Positions 62,470 to 64,000 of a stretch of DNA of 64,000 nt are shown here, in pieces. This DNA comes from Pocillopora damicornis (lineage: Eukaryota): contig NW_020843829.1 in the NCBI RefSeq assembly GCF_003704095.1, forward strand, positions 186,001-250,000, given 5' to 3'. The notes under the pieces were generated by a model. The model was given only the letters and a program-made list of their open reading frames with translations. It was not told where the DNA came from and made no database searches. Position numbers and translations under genes: made by a program. Within the stretch, counting starts at the first letter, position 1; each line of letters opens with the position of its first letter.

Positions 62470-63619
62470 ATCGCTTAAGAAGTAACTGTTAGCGATCGAA
62501 CAATTTGCTATTCGCTCCTTATCGGCTAGAGAGTCAAACTTTTCACTTTGCTGCGAGTGAATTGACTCGAAATTACAATGACACCGCAAAAGTAAAAGCA
62601 TAAGTGAATAGGCAAGTACAGTATGCTTAATTCTGGCCAATTGGGTGCAAAATAGATAACTACAGACAGGTGATACCGCACCGTGAATTATTTATTTTCT
62701 TAATAAGTCTGACTTTTGCGTGCGGGAGGGCGAAGACCATAACAAAGCGCGAAATTTTCTTCATTTTGATTCACGGAGAAAGAAAAATTTTAAGACAGAC
62801 GAAAGACAAAAACTTGAAAGCTTTTACTTTTAACATAGACATGTTGGGTGCCCCAATGATAGAGTTTTTGCCCTTTCAGTGAATACAAAGCATAGAAAAT
62901 ATGTCTTTCAAAACATTTATTTTAAACAACGTCAAGGCGCTACATTGACATAGGCAAATTTTAATTCAAACATTTCTTGTTTTGATTCAAAGGATTTAAA
63001 TTTTGCATATAAATTTATTTACAATAATATGGATAAATTTTTGTAACCAATTTGTTGGGGATATTTTGATTTACTCATGATATTGGTTTGCCACATTTTA
63101 TTAAGATTTTGGCACTTTTTTAATCGCTCTGTTTTAAAAGAAACATTTTAATTGCCGCACGGTTTTTCCTGGGAAAAGGAGACAGAAAGATCGGTCATCG
63201 ACGGTTAAATTTAACGCAAAGGTTGTATTTTATCAAGGAATCCTTTTGCAAAGGAAGAAATGCAGTGTCTTAAAAGAGAGAGTACATATTATCAGCTCTG
63301 TAGGATTGAAAAAAAACCAACGGTAAACTATGAACCAAGTTCGCATGAAAAACGAGAAAATTAGGCAAACTTTAAAGATTGTTTGCTGAAATTTCCTAAA
63401 CGAAAAAAAAATAAGACGTAGCCTCTTGAATCGTTCAGCTGAAAATTGTCAAAAATATGGTATACTATTAACGGGAAAATCGGAAGCTGATCTTAAATAA
63501 GTTTGTTGGATGAGCCGCCTTGGACGTTGGTCACCGAATATGTAGCTTATTTGAAGTAAGTTTCTTTCAACGCAGCTACTGCTGGAAAAGTACTGAAGGT
63601 GCAAGTGATTGCACAAGAT

Positions 63620-63660
63620 CAAACATGGCGGCGAACATGTGAGAGAACAAATTTGGAATG
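63620..63660 (+). other. Probable first exon of a plus-strand gene divergent from the ankyrin gene
   Basis: YY1-like AACATGGCGGC at 63622 (uORF MAANM*). ATG at 63658-63660 directly followed by donor GTAAGC. Confidence 0.45.
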
Positions 63661-64000
63661 GTAAGCTCTTTGTGACGATTTTTTAAGTCTGTTCTTTTTA
63701 CATATCATATCTCTTGTATGAAAAAATTAGCAATGTAGCTGTGTCTCTCATAGGGGAAGAAAAAGAAGCCGTTTATTGACAAGAGAAGTGCTCACAGTTT
63801 TCAACTTGTGCATCGGAGTCAAAAAGATCCCTTACAAGCGGACGAGGAGAGTTCTAAACATGTGTTACTACCGCTCGATTCTTCAAGTCAGGCATGTATT
63901 ATTATCTAATTCTTGAAATTAAAGTTCTAGGATCTAAGCATTTATCAAATTTATCATCGGTCTGAAAAGGTCTGTAAACAACAGTCTTAAAAACACAGCA

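Noticed and set aside
62470-62640. Signal-peptide-like N-terminal extension of the ankyrin ORF
   Set aside because: Starts at TTG, and ANK proteins of this type are intracellular; the ATG at 62469 immediately precedes the first repeat.

Overview
AT-rich, intron-rich animal genomic DNA with four N-gaps. The repeat families suggest a scleractinian coral; this is inference. Genes were reconstructed by hand from GT-AG junctions with consistent phases. In order: (1) a non-coding first exon and CCAAT-array promoter of a minus-strand gene leaving the window; (2) a 2-exon, ~330-aa Glu/Ala/Pro-rich protein starting MGCSSSA (ERICH5-like), tail-to-tail with (3) RIDA/HRSP12 (7 exons, 135 aa); (4) an orphan, probably 7TM protein head-to-head with RIDA; (5) an orphan ~388-aa 6TM protein with a Cys-rich loop, head-to-head with (6) NME6; (7) TGIF TALE homeobox in a CpG-rich, TE-poor domain; (8) UCKL1; (9) an ANKRD34/63-like ankyrin gene; (10) the first exon of another plus-strand gene. 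Introns carry many ~210-bp TTAA-flanked piggyBac-type MITEs, SINEs and Penelope-type fragments. The top lead is an apparent cnidarian ERICH5 counterpart keeping the vertebrate ERICH5-RIDA tail-to-tail arrangement. It has a dual-acylation N-terminus and an RFX plus forkhead (ciliary-type) promoter module. Secondary leads are the two orphan membrane proteins, a possible decayed antisense gene nested in UCKL1, and TGACA clustering around TGIF.
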